A stretch of DNA of 63,997 bases, counting the filler, from Basidiobolus ranarum (taxonomy: Eukaryota), in the NCBI GenBank assembly GCA_040143965.1. It is 4 parts of 4 records of this genome, joined end to end, with 100 filler letters (N's around TTAATTAATTAA, not from the genome) between each part and the next. Parts side by side here need not be neighbours in the genome. Positions count along the whole stretch, not along the records: positions 1 to 16,479 come from JASJQH010007216.1; positions 16,580 to 33,048 come from JASJQH010007217.1; 2 more parts are not named here. The stretch is one strand, 5' to 3'. The notes beneath the pieces are model-generated. The model ran no database searches and was not told where the DNA came from. It was given only the letters and a program-made list of their open reading frames with translations. A program made the position numbers and the translations under genes. Of this stretch, positions 11,652 to 23,824 are shown in pieces. The stretch's first letter is position 1; each line of letters starts with the position of its first letter.

Positions 11652-13975
11652 ATGACTACTGCCATTAAGCAAGTTTTTCAAAATTGTCAAAAAGAGGGTA
11701 AAGTTGCTTGTTTATTGTTGAGCCCGTTGTATCTACACGTAGCTAAGAAATACTCTTGTATTTTTTACCAACTCTAGGTCGTCCCGCATTTGTCACTTTC
11801 ATAACCGCCGGTTTCCCAGAAGCTAAAGAAACACCCCAGGTTTTACTATCGTTAGAGAGAGGTGGAGCTGATATCATTGAACTTGGTAGAGAATAATTCA
11901 TTATCTCCTATATACCAGAATCTACTTACTTAAGCACCTACCTCTTTTAGGTGTTCCTTTCACTGACCCTTTAGCTGATGGTCCTACTATTCAAGAAGCC
12001 AACCAGGTTGGTTTTTAGTCTTCTTATCTTAACCCTGTTTGCGACAAGTATTCAATTGATTTCCTACCTTTAGGTTGCCTTGAAAAACGGTGTTGACATT
12101 GAGAAATGCCTTCAATATGTTAAAGAAGCTAGAGAACAAGGTCTCAAAGCACCCGTAATCTTTATGGGCTATTATAATCCTATTTTAAGTTATGGAGAGC
12201 AGCGAATTGTTGATGAATGTGCCGCTGTTGGTGTTGATGGTTTCATTTTGGTTGATTTACCACCTGAGGAAGCACATGAATTTAGAAGAATTTGCTCGAC
12301 CAGAAATCTTAGTTACATTCCTTTAATCGCCCCTAGCACATCTGATTCTAGAATGCACCATTTGGCACAAATTGCGGACAGTTTTATTTATGTTGTGAGT
12401 AGAATGGGGGTTACCGGTCAAACCACAGAAATCAACACCGATTTACCTCAACTTATCGGGCGCATTCGTAAATATACCGATTTGCCTCTTGCAGTCGGTT
12501 TCGGTGTTTCAAACCGTGAGCACTTTAAGACCGTAGGTGAACACGCTGACGGTGTGGTTATCGGAAGTAAGATTATTCACATACTAAAACATACCGCTCC
12601 AGAGAATCGATTGGATGCAGTTCAGAAATTTGGTTTAGAGGTTTCTGGCCGTACTTCCATTAACGGAAACAATCTTCGGGATGAAACACCAGCCGTTAGC
12701 ACTGCACATGCTACAAATGGAATTAAGCATGACGCGGAGACTGAGAATTTAAGTGCTCATTATCGTTTTGGAGAATTCGGAGGACAGTATGTGCCAGAAG
12801 CTTTGGTGGATTGTTTAGCCGAGTTTGAAAGCGCATTCCTTCAAGCAAAAGAAGATCCAGAATTCTGGAAGGAGTTCCGCTCTCTATATCCTTACATCGG
12901 TCGCCCATCGGAATTACAGTTTGCCAATAGACTTACAGAGCATGCTGGTGGTGCACGCATCTGGCTTAAGCGAGAGGATCTTAACCACACTGGATCTCAT
13001 AAAATCAACAACGCAATCGGTCAGATTCTAGTCGCCAAGCGCTTGGGTAAGAAGCGCATCATTGCTGAAACTGGTGCTGGTCAACATGGTGTCGCTACAG
13101 CAACGGCATGCGCTAAATTCGGCCTTGAGTGTGTCGTCTATATGGGTGCTGAAGATATTAGAAGACAAGCACTAAATGTTTTTAGAATGAAAATGTTAGG
13201 GGCAACAGTCCATTCCGTTGAGTCAGGCAGTAAAACCCTTAAAGATGCGGTGAATGAAGCTATGCGTGATTGGGTTACTAACGTCTCAACCACCCATTAC
13301 TTAGTCGGCTCTGCAATTGGTCCTCATCCATTCCCCACCATCGTCCGTGAATTCCAGTCGGTGATCGGCAGAGAGGCTCGTGAGCAAATGCTGGAGCGTG
13401 CTGGAAAGCTTCCAGACACCATTATTGCTTGTGTCGGTGGTGGTAGTAATGCAATTGGACTTTTCCATCCTTTCATTGGAGATGAGAGTGTAAAAATTGT
13501 CGGCGTTGAGGCCGGAGGTGATGGCATAGACACTGAATTCCATTCAGCCACCCTAGCAGCCGGAACACCTGGAGTGTTCCATGGTGCTCGTACCTATTTG
13601 TTGCAAGATAAGAAAGGCCAAATCAAGGAGACACATAGTATTAGTGCAGGATTAGATTACCCAGCTGTCGGCCCTGAGCATGCCTGGTTGAAGGATAGCG
13701 GAAGAGCTGATTATATTGCCGTGACCGACAAGGAAGCTTTTATTGGATTCCGCAAGATCACTCAATTGGAAGGCATCATTCCTGCTTTAGAGACATCCCA
13801 TGCTATTTACGCTGCTCTTAAAATTGCCTCTGGCTTACCAAAGGACAGTGACATTCTTATATGTGTCAGTGGCCGTGGTGACAAGGATGTCCACACTGTC
13901 GCTGAGACTTTACCCAAGTTTGGTCCACAAATTGGATGGGATCTTCGTTTTGATTCTGAGAATCCAGCTAATTAG
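11652..13975 (+). CDS. TRP5: Tryptophan synthase, fused alpha-beta
   Basis: Three 5' introns. Alpha motif [18 protein letters not shown]; beta motifs [48 protein letters not shown]. Confidence 0.97.
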
Positions 13976-14249
13976 TTTTCTCACATTTTATAACCGATTC
14001 TCCTTTTGCATTCACAAGTTCAATTAAGTTGATATTCTATTTTGAATTCATAAATATAAATCTTTTGGAACAGAGGATCCATTACAAGCATTTTCTAATT
14101 ATCCTGTTTTGTTTCGAGTTAATAACTGGATTAGCTATATCCATATCTACGCCTTGTAAACTAAAACGACGATACTTTCTTTGAGAACGTTGCAATCTTT
14201 ATTTCTTAGATACAAATATTTACAAAAATTTCGACAGCGTATTGTTCAA

Positions 14250-14585
14250 TTAAGCCGTGAAAGAGCGAGAGAGCATTGCGGCATAATCTGCTTCAATACT
14301 ATCCATAATCAAGCGCCGCTCTTCTAACTCACTCATTCTGCGGTGATGTTGGCTTCTTACTTCTGGGATAGCAAGTGGAGAGGTTGCCAATGAAGGTTGA
14401 TATTCAGTACTGGTCATGCTTAGTTGATCCAGATTGTTCAAAGTATTTGCATAGCTTTCTTCAATGCTCTCCATGGCAAGTCTTCTTTCTTCAAGGCAGC
14501 TCTTTCTCCTTTGATGTTGCGCACGTACCTCTGAATTTTGAAGAGGTAAAAATTGTGGGAGCACTGGAAGGTCAATATGGTTCAT
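14250..14585 (-). CDS. Hypothetical 111-aa protein with two ~30-aa internal repeats
   Basis: Intronless ORF with a protein-level repeat, a TATA-like element near 14645 and AATAAA near 14200. Confidence 0.65.
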   Translation of the reverse strand: MNHIDLPVLPQFLPLQNSEVRAQHQRRKSCLEERRLAMESIEESYANTLNNLDQLSMTSTEYQPSLATSPLAIPEVRSQHHRRMSELEERRLIMDSIEADYAAMLSRSFTA

Positions 14586-16248
14586 AGTGATAATAAGAGT
14601 GTTGGATGCTTTTCTGAATAATTGAATGCACTTTCGAGCTCATTTATATGATTTATGAAGCATACTTTGAGGAAGTCAATTCTGGAACCATTTTGATATT
14701 TCTATTTTTGCTTCGGTCTTGTCTTACTCCACTCGTTATTTGCTAAATTGACACTTCAATGGTAGGATATGGGAACTGATTTCGGTGGCTTTTTACTTGT
14801 GTACTACATACATAGAAATCCTAAAGATCGACAATTTAGGCATATGCCCAAGTATGACAAAAGAGGATTGTCTAGGTACGGCTCCAAAAATGAATTTCAT
14901 TACTTTCTCGATATTATTATGTAGATTACTGCCCTAATAATTGAAATGGGTCAACTTTCCGATTATTTTCAAGATGATCTAGCTATTTTACCAATTGAAA
15001 ATGGGCAATCTTACCTAACATCGTTTCAAAGTAAATCAACTAAATATTTCAAAGCCACTTCAATCTAGATCTATCACCTCAAATGAGGTTTCACTCCAAC
15101 CCTAACCCTAGCTCACTGTATTAACACAGTCATTAAGTTGTCGTAAGAACGTCAATGATACTATAAAGAGCTAAATTCAATTTGATGACGGTATCAGTAA
15201 CCCACTGGCAATGGATCAAGGAGACTTGTGTTGTATCTGTCACATATACTAAGTAATCTGGTAACTCTTAACCCTGGGCGGCTACTAAAATGACTCCCCC
15301 ACAAAGAAAGACTCAACGTCTGATTTAGATAAGAGATCGAGCATCAACGCACATATTGTCGATGAATTATGTGGTGCAGATATTATATCCATTGATTACT
15401 CAAAGTTCTATTAATTTTAGAAAGAGCCATTGCCACTAACACAAAGAATCCGATCGTTCTCCATTTGTTACCATCTTGTTGTATCCACATACGCATATCT
15501 ATTTTCCTCTGGATCTAGTTCATGCCTTTATTGTATTATTTGCCTTGCTGGGTATTGACTGAGGAGAGTCTGAAATATAAGTGTTTGAGGTTACAACCTT
15601 TATTGATCTCAAGTTGGCGTTAGGTACAGGTTTGTAAGTCTGCATTACTAGATCACTTCCTTTTCACAAGCTCAGTTTTTCATTCCACTGCCCTGGATCT
15701 AGCTAACATTTACCAGATAATAGAGTTTGTCATTAATTTTCATTATTGATCATCTGATAGCAATCGAGGTTGCGGCTGATATTCATAACTGAGTATTGAT
15801 CACAATATGCAGTGTATGCCATCGATCGTCACATTATCATATCTTGACAACTTCTTACACCACTGTTTCAATCTTGAATGTTCTATATTTTAAACTGATC
15901 CTGCTTGGTTCGATCACTTTATATCTTGCTACAGGATGTTCTACTTCATGTGAATGCGACTTACAAAGAATTGATCACTTGTATGTGCAAATATTACTGA
16001 CCATTTTATAAGGTGAAGCTGAATGTGATACGAGAGTAGCCCATTGGATCCATTGAACGTCATCACTCTGAACTTCACAAGCATGCATGTTAGCCACAAT
16101 GGTCATTTCAGTCAAGAGGAGAGAATACTTATAAAAGCGTAGACGAGTGTACTAAAAACCAACATTCACTTCCCTACAATACAGCAAGACAGTTTTTTCA
16201 AGTATTTCTTTATTTTAATCATATCTAAAGAGTAGTATTATTGTCAGA

Positions 16249-16479
16249 ATGACTGGAGCCGACATCTCCGATAACTACTTTACTTACAAGGGTGAACCTA
16301 TACCTAGTGAGGAAGATCTAGTTTGGGAAGATGATTATGTTGAATGGGATGAGAAATATCAGCTACCGCCACCAGAAAAGCCCATCACCTCACCAAAGGC
16401 TCAAAGAGTGTGGGTTGCAATCAACAGTGTGATTGATATACTCTTCATCAAAACCCTCTTGAAGCCCTTTGGACTGAAC
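16249..16479 (+). CDS. Hypothetical protein, 5' fragment truncated by contig end
   Basis: TATAAAA at about 16130, ATG in good context, frame open into the N spacer. Confidence 0.5.
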
Positions 16480-16579
16480 NNNNNNNNNNNNNNNNNNNNN
16501 NNNNNNNNNNNNNNNNNNNNNNNTTAATTAATTAANNNNNNNNNNNNNNNNNNNNNNNNNNNNNNNNNNNNNNNNNNNN
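16480..16579. other. Artificial contig-joining spacer
   Basis: 44 N + TTAATTAATTAA (stops in all six frames) + 44 N. Confidence 0.98.
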
Positions 16580-16898
16580 ATATTATTGGCTGGAAACAAC
16601 ATTGATGATTTATTGCAAAATGTTTACATGGAAATAAATAGCGTCTCCACTTAAAGTAGCTTGACAGGTGTGATTCAAGGGTGATTCAAGCGTGATTTAT
16701 ACTCGCATTCCACAATGATTCTTAAAATATTCGCGTACTCCAAAAATGATTGGTCATATCTAACAAATGAAACTAATGTTGATGTAGTGTGGTGATGATG
16801 GCGATAAGACTTTAAGTTACAACTGCAGTTGGTGAGAACAGATGCTGATTAACCGAAAGACACAGGAAAGACAGGAAAGAAATAGGGTATAACGTGGA

Positions 16899-19875
16899 TT
16901 ATGAAATGGTACAATTATCTCCTTTAACTTTCTTCTTAAACTGTTGTTCAGTTGGTCGCTTTTCTAAAGAAATTCCATTAGCAGATGTTGTTGAAGTATT
17001 TGCCGTACTCATCTCTTGCCTTAGTTGGGAAACCTTGAGCTCTAAAGCATTGATGGATTCACTCTTTTGTTCAACCTCTCTCTGTGATTGATCAAAGCTA
17101 TTTTTCAATTGCTGATTCTCGTCCGTCAACCGTCTCACTTGCTCCTGAAGCTGGGCGTATTCTACGGTGTGATCAGCAGTCGCCGACTTCTCCAGTGTAG
17201 AGATTTGGTTTCGCATTTTCTCCATCTCGGAAAGCATTTGGTCTTTGTTTGATCGCTCAATGGCAAGTTGATTCGACAAGTGATCTCGTGATTGTTCTAC
17301 TTGGCCAAGTTGCTCTTTGAGAGAATCGACTTCTTTACATGTTTCGGGTGAATCAGTTGGTTGTGACTTCTGCTTTTCCACCTTAATCTGCAGTTCTAGT
17401 GATTGAATCCGCTCACTAATAGTGGCTAGTTTCTCTTGAAGTTTCTCCATTTGTTGTAATTCACTTTGGCATTCCTCAATCTTGGTTTTGAAAATTGCAA
17501 CTTCATTGACCAATTCCAGATTAGTTGCTTGAAATTGCTCTTTATCTTGAGACAATGCGTTGATCTGACTAAGAAGATCATTTACTTCGTCGCTATGTTT
17601 GACGCTCAAAGACGCTAGAGTGGCTTCATAATGTGCTTTCAAAGAGTCAACTTCAGATGTTAACCTAGTATTTGTCTCTTCCAATGGCGATATTTGCGAT
17701 GCGACTGATGACAGTTCTACCTGTATCTCCCTTAAGTCAGCTTGGGTATTGAAAGTCTCTTTCTGCGATAATTCAAGATCCACTCTTAACTTTTCTATTA
17801 TTTTTTCCAGTTCTTCAGAGTGAGACTGATACTCTTGAAGGTGTTTAGTGTGTTCAGCCTGTAGCAATTCCAATTTTTGACAGCTTTCTTCCTGAGTTTT
17901 ATTTTTGGCGGCGGTCATTTCGGTTATTTGAGTTTCTAAGACCTGTTTAGCTTGAAGAAGTAGTGCATTCGTATCTTTGATATTGACGAGTTCAGTCTTT
18001 AGGTTAAGAAGGGCCGATTCGTGTTCAGAAATGGATATGAGATCCAATGGAGGCTCTTCAGTAGAGCAGTTTGCATTGTCAATATTTACATCTGAGGAAG
18101 TAATTGCTTCTAATACCCTGGGTTGGTAGGTAAAGCCTATAAACGGCAAATGATTTCCGGCGAACTGCTTTTGATTGTTACGATTAGGTACAGTGGCCTT
18201 GGGAGACTCTTCTTCGGGGGGAATAAAGTTCGAAGTGTCGTCAAGCGACTTTAAAACCGGGACAAATGGGGGTGTTTCTAAAATAGATTGTCCAGCATTA
18301 GTATTGGTCCAATGTATTCATCTGATCAAAATATATCACCAACGTTCTCGAATTGTATCCCATTGAACACCTTCAAAAAAGGGATGGTCTTTGATTTCTT
18401 GCGAGTCATTTTTCCCGAGACGGTTCTCCTTGTCACATAATAGTCTGAACGAAGTTGAGTTACGTGGGATTTTAGTTATACTTGGCAATAGACTTACCTT
18501 TTGATCAGATCTTTCACCTCTTCGGAAAGTGGAATATCCTCAACAAAGTGAAGTGTTTCCTAATAATTGGCATTTGTGTTAGATGGATTAGCAGTTAATA
18601 ACAAGTAAATCATTCCAAATAACCTGATGGTTAGTGATTTTGTAGTAAGTTTCGGTAACAGTTTCTCCAAAAAACGGAGGATCGCCTTGCAAGATTTCAT
18701 ACAAAACAATTCCTAACGACCACCAATCACACTCTGGTCCATACCCGGAAGAATTTCCTTCTTGTGCTTTGATTATTTCTGGAGAAATATAATCACAAGT
18801 TCCGACGGGAACGTTTGAGAAGATCTACGATAAAACATACTAATATATTAGTGAGGAGGTTAAGGTAAAGCATTGATTGGCAGGCTCTATCTACCTTTCC
18901 ATTGGAGTCGAGTTGAATGCTTGAACCGAAATCTGCTAGCTTGATGTGACCTTGGTTATCAATGAGTATATTGGTAGGCTTGATATCCCTATATGTAACT
19001 GTTAGTCACTACGTGTAAAGCAAGAAAGGATCTATTAAGAATCAAACCGATGAGCATAGTTCATCGCGTGAATAGATTCAATAGCAAGAATGGTTTCAGC
19101 GATATAAAACTTGGCTGAGTTTTCATTCAATATGGGCTCCTCCTTTTTAGCAACTAAACTGAATAAATCACCACCAGCAGCATATTCCATTACAATATAT
19201 AGGCTCTCCTGGTCTTGAAACGAGGCGTACAGCTTGGGAAGCCAGGGTGAAGAACAGCCAAGGGCTAGAATATCTCTCTCCTCCATAAAAAAGGCTTCCT
19301 GAATGAATGGTAAGGGAACCAATATTAATAACAAGAATAAAGGTGCTCGCCAAGTTTCCCAAAAGTGCCTACCTTCTTTTTTGTAAGTAGATGCTGCTTA
19401 TTCAAGGTTTTTAGAGCATACACCGAATTGTCGACTTTCCCTTTTACTAGAGTTACCTATAATAACATATTTAGCAACATTTCAAGAATGAAGGGGAACC
19501 CGTATATGTACCTTTCCGAATTCACCCCTGGCAAGGGGTTTGAGGAAAGAATAATCATGTTTGTTGGGGCGGAGTGAACGGAGAAGTGATACAGCTGCCT
19601 CATCTAAAAAAAGATTTGTCGTAAGCACAAGATGAGCGGATGTAAGTGAGACACCATATAAATCACCCATTACAATTATTTACAAAAACTGAAACGTTTC
19701 CATTGTCGCCATTCCAAGAATTACAATCATCGTATAAAGCCAGCAAGGCATCTAGGAGTGCGTCAAGATAAATTGGAGATAGTTCCGCTTGCTTGTTATG
19801 AGAGTCGAATATAAAAGTTTGAAGTTCTTTTACACGAGCTTCGGAAGGCATTGCAGAAGGAATTCCTGCCATCAT
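16899..19875 (-). CDS. AGC kinase of the DMPK/ROCK/MRCK/citron group with long coiled coil and C-terminal CAAX
   Basis: N-cap [69 protein letters not shown]; hydrophobic motif [13 protein letters not shown]; heptad-rich tail ending [12 protein letters not shown]. Confidence 0.88.
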
Positions 19876-20637
19876 AGCTTGTAGAGAAAAGTTGGAGCTT
19901 AAAAAATATCACAGACGGATTTATTGGAATTGAAGAATTGTAAGAAACCAAAACAGAAACAAATTGAAGTGATAGAGATTGTGACATCCTATCTTGATAT
20001 ATCATGCCTTTGTTTACAAATTGACTATTAAAAGGTCGCTGGAACATTAAAAACAAAATAATATGGGCTATACTCGGATTATGGGAATTCAGCTTGCGAA
20101 TCAGTTAATTGTTAAACTAAACGAGGTACGATTCACTAGAGATGCATGCACTGTTTTCATCTCACGTGACTATGCTAATAATATCACTGCACAGCTTCGT
20201 ATATTCACTTCAGTGCCCCCAAACAGTTTCAAGGTTGGAAGAGACTTATATAGGAATAGATATGGGCTTACTTGCTTGTAGCATACATTGAATGCTCATT
20301 CACTTAGACTGCACCAATATGGAGTAGAATATAGCAAAATTTTGATATTGATTTCAAATACATATGACCGAAGTTTGTTCACTAGTGCCAATCTTAAAAA
20401 TTCCAACTTTTGTTTATACAATACATATTGGTCAAATCCCCAGCCCAAGGACTAAAAAATCCTTGCGAGTCACGTGAATTCGTGATTTACTGATTCTTGA
20501 ATTTACCAAGTTTAAGGTATCCCTTTATGTGAATCTCCAAGAAAAAAAAACAAGTGTCTACTTTTTGATTAGGGTATCTGAAACCCATTCTTATTTTTTA
20601 CTACAGTTGACACCAAAAAAATCAGTTGGTTTTCAAT

Positions 20638-22907
20638 ATGTCGGAAGATTACAAAGCCGTACCACCACCTAACGCCCTCACTGGAGGTGGAAATCCTGGT
20701 GTTAATTTCTCTGATGCTTTAGCGAAGGCAAAAGCTATTGCCGCTAAGCTCAGCGCTGATTCTGGCAAAAGAGGTATTTCTGAGGATCTAATATTCTACA
20801 CTCTTTTTATTTTCATTTACTAATTGTGATTTTCTCGAACGATCTGTTATTCTAATAGAGTCAGAAAATGGTGCTGGAAATAAACGCGGTTATGATGACG
20901 ATCAGGAACAATATGGATATAACAGAGGGAATGAATATGATGGTGGTGAATATAGAAGAGAATATGGAGAATACGGCCAAGATTCTAAAAGGCAAGCATA
21001 CGATAGACCCGACAGTATCCTTTTTCTTAACACGCATTAGTGAAAATTATTTATTTTTGAATATGATTCCTTGAGTCTTTAATTGTGTACAGATTCTCGT
21101 CCACGTTATGGATTAGGTAGTGAAGAGAGAAGAGGAGGTTCCTCTTACGGTTCTGGTGGCGGCGGTGCCTCTTCTGAATTTAGCATTCCCAATTCTATGG
21201 TCGGTTTAGTAATCGGTCGTGGTGGTGAGTCTCTTAAGCGAATTGAAAGAGCTCACGGAGTGAAAGTTCAATTCTCACAAGGTTCGTAGTATTTTTTCGT
21301 GCCAACATCTTAACTACAAGAATCTAACTCCAGTTCTACTAAATGAAGATCAAGCACCTTCCGATCCCGAGCGCAAAGTGACGGTGTTAGGCTCTTCTGA
21401 TGATGTCGAAAAAGCTAAGGAAATGATTATTCAAATAATTGAGGAGGCCAAAGCAAGTCGCGCTGCAGGTGGTGGTGGGGGTTATGGGAATAGACATGCT
21501 AGTGTTCCAGGCCAAAATACTGTATATGTTAATGTTCCAAACAATAAGGTCGGTCTTGTCATTGGTAAAGGAGGAGAGACCATTAGAATGCTCCAAGAGA
21601 GAAGTGGTGCTCGTATTGCTGTTACTCCTGATTCTGCAAGGGATCCCAGCTCGCAAGATAGACCTGTTAGCGTCATTGGTGACGAGGCCGCAATTGAAAG
21701 AGCAAGAGCCTTGATCGATGAGGTAATCAATGGAGATGCCTATCGTAATGTATGTACTTCTGAATAGAGTTTTGTTTTAAGCTTTCACTAACTAGAAATA
21801 CCAAATAGAGAGGCCAGGGTGGTGGCTTTGGAGGCCCATACGGGGGTGCAGGTGGCTATGGACAAGGTGGCAACTTTGAGAATGTTACGATCCAAGTTCC
21901 TAACGATACTGTAGGTCTTTTGATTGGCAAAGGTATGGGCATTTTTGTTCTTTCATGGTGTGTCTCGTATCTAAACTTTTGCAAGGTGGTGAAACGATCA
22001 AGATGCTCCAACAACAATCCGGTGCCAAAATTCAAATTGAACAAGTCACGGGTGGCTCACCAGGCCCCGAGCGTAACATTTATATATCTGGTACACCTGA
22101 TTCCGTAGGCTATGCTAAAAATCTTGTCTATGAAAGAACATCGACTGGCAATGTAATATTCAGCATTTGCAATATCTTTATACGGCTTCGCTTTTTACTA
22201 ACATGCTATATTTCCTCCAAAGCGTAATTCTAAAGGGGGATCTGGTCGTCATAGCGAGAAATCTGGTGAAGAATATAGCCAGAGTTATAGCCAAGATCCA
22301 TATAGCTCTGCTAGCCAACCTGGATACAACTATGGATACTACGACTATCAGGGGTATGGACAACAACAACAACAACCTGGTATATATTTTTGCTCTCTCA
22401 TCTATTAATTGAGAACTACAGGCTAATCACATTACCTTTCTAACAGGTTATGGTTATTACCAAGGACAGCAAGCCGGCGCGGGTGGTGAGGCTCAAGACG
22501 CTGCCTCTGCACAATACCCGGGTTATCCATCCTATGATCAATCTGGATACAGTGCTGCAAACCCTAGTCAAGAGGGCGATGAGAGTGTAGACAACAGTAA
22601 TCCAGCCACTACATCCTCAGAAACCGCCAATCCTGCAGCTGGATATGATCAATCACAATATGCCAACTATTACGCACAATATGGTCAATATGCTGATGCT
22701 TACCAACAATACTATGCGCAGTATTACCAACAACAGGGATATCCTTATCCACCACAGGGTGATGCTGAGGGTGAAGCTCCAGAAGCTGCACAGGATGCTG
22801 CTACTGGCGCCAGTGAGGACGCATCAGGTGAAGGATTGTCGACTTCAGCTGAACCCGTAGATTCATCCAAAGCAGCTGAATCAGGCGATTTTGAAGAAGC
22901 AAATTAA
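20638..22907 (+). CDS. KH-domain RNA-binding protein, FUBP/KSRP/PSI-like
   Basis: N-box FSDALAKAKAIAAKL; three KH domains (GLVIGRGGE, GLVIGKGGE, GLLIGKGGE); Tyr/Gln-rich C-terminus (YANYYAQY...AYQQYYAQYYQQQG). Seven introns. Confidence 0.85.
21015..21092 (+). other. Probable U12-type (minor spliceosome) GT-AG intron
   Basis: 5' splice site GTATCCTTT; branch-like TTCCTTGAG (21067) and TCTTTAAT (21076) close to the TACAG acceptor. Removing it keeps the reading frame (DRPDN/SRPRYG). Confidence 0.8.
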
Positions 22908-23824
22908 TGCAATTGTCTATTTGTTGTCTATTAATCGAATCATAATTATTGTGCTGTTTTTTGTCTTTTATAATTTTCACTACCAAATGGAAGTATGATT
23001 TATTTGATTTTCTCTTGTAATGATATTGCCATATAGCTTACCTTTGATCTCGGGACTTCCGGGGCTCGATAATGTTGGGATTTTTTGACATTTCTTTGCG
23101 TTGCTACGATTCTTTTTATTTTTATCGCTTAAATTTCACATTACATGAGTCATTTCTCTCTTTCGTCTGCCACTTTGTTACCATGTTTTTCACCATATAT
23201 TATTTTAAACAAACAAGAAAATAGAAAGAAACCACTAGAATATTTTTTAGTGTCGAACACATTTGTGACAGCCCGTGCAATGGTGCAATAGATGCTTTTG
23301 GGGTGTAAGTATATTTCTTTATTTGAAGCTAGGTACGAAGCCAGTAGCAAGTAGCAAGTCACAATTCGTGCTAGTAGGTGAGTGCTCGTTTTCCTTTTTA
23401 CTTCCTTCGTATTTCCGAGACACTCTTTTGCAGGTTTATATACCGAGCTTAGTGGCCATTGTAATGGTTTATACATTTGTCACTAAAGAAATCAATTCTA
23501 AATATAAACGACGTTTACCTACGAACCACAGTTATTATTCATGTGTGTATATTAAGTCATTCACGTACAACATATATGGAACATCAACATGTCTTTCGGC
23601 TTAACCAGATTGACATAACGGTTTAAGGCATTATCTTGAAATCGGTGATTATCTCATATTACCAATTATGCTCAAATAAGACAACAGTTCCACAAAATAC
23701 CTATTTTTCCACTTGAATGACTCTCAATACGTTTGGAAGATTCTATTGGATCGTAGATAGTTAGTGAACGTAGTATTTCTACAGCTTATAAACCTCTTCG
23801 TGCTAGTGAAGAGAGCAAGTGAAA

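Noticed and set aside
15098..15110. Telomere-like CCCTAA repeats (also at about 58727)
   Set aside because: Only about two units, internal, and expected by chance.
16524..16535. TTAATTAATTAA palindrome
   Set aside because: Synthetic six-frame stop linker.
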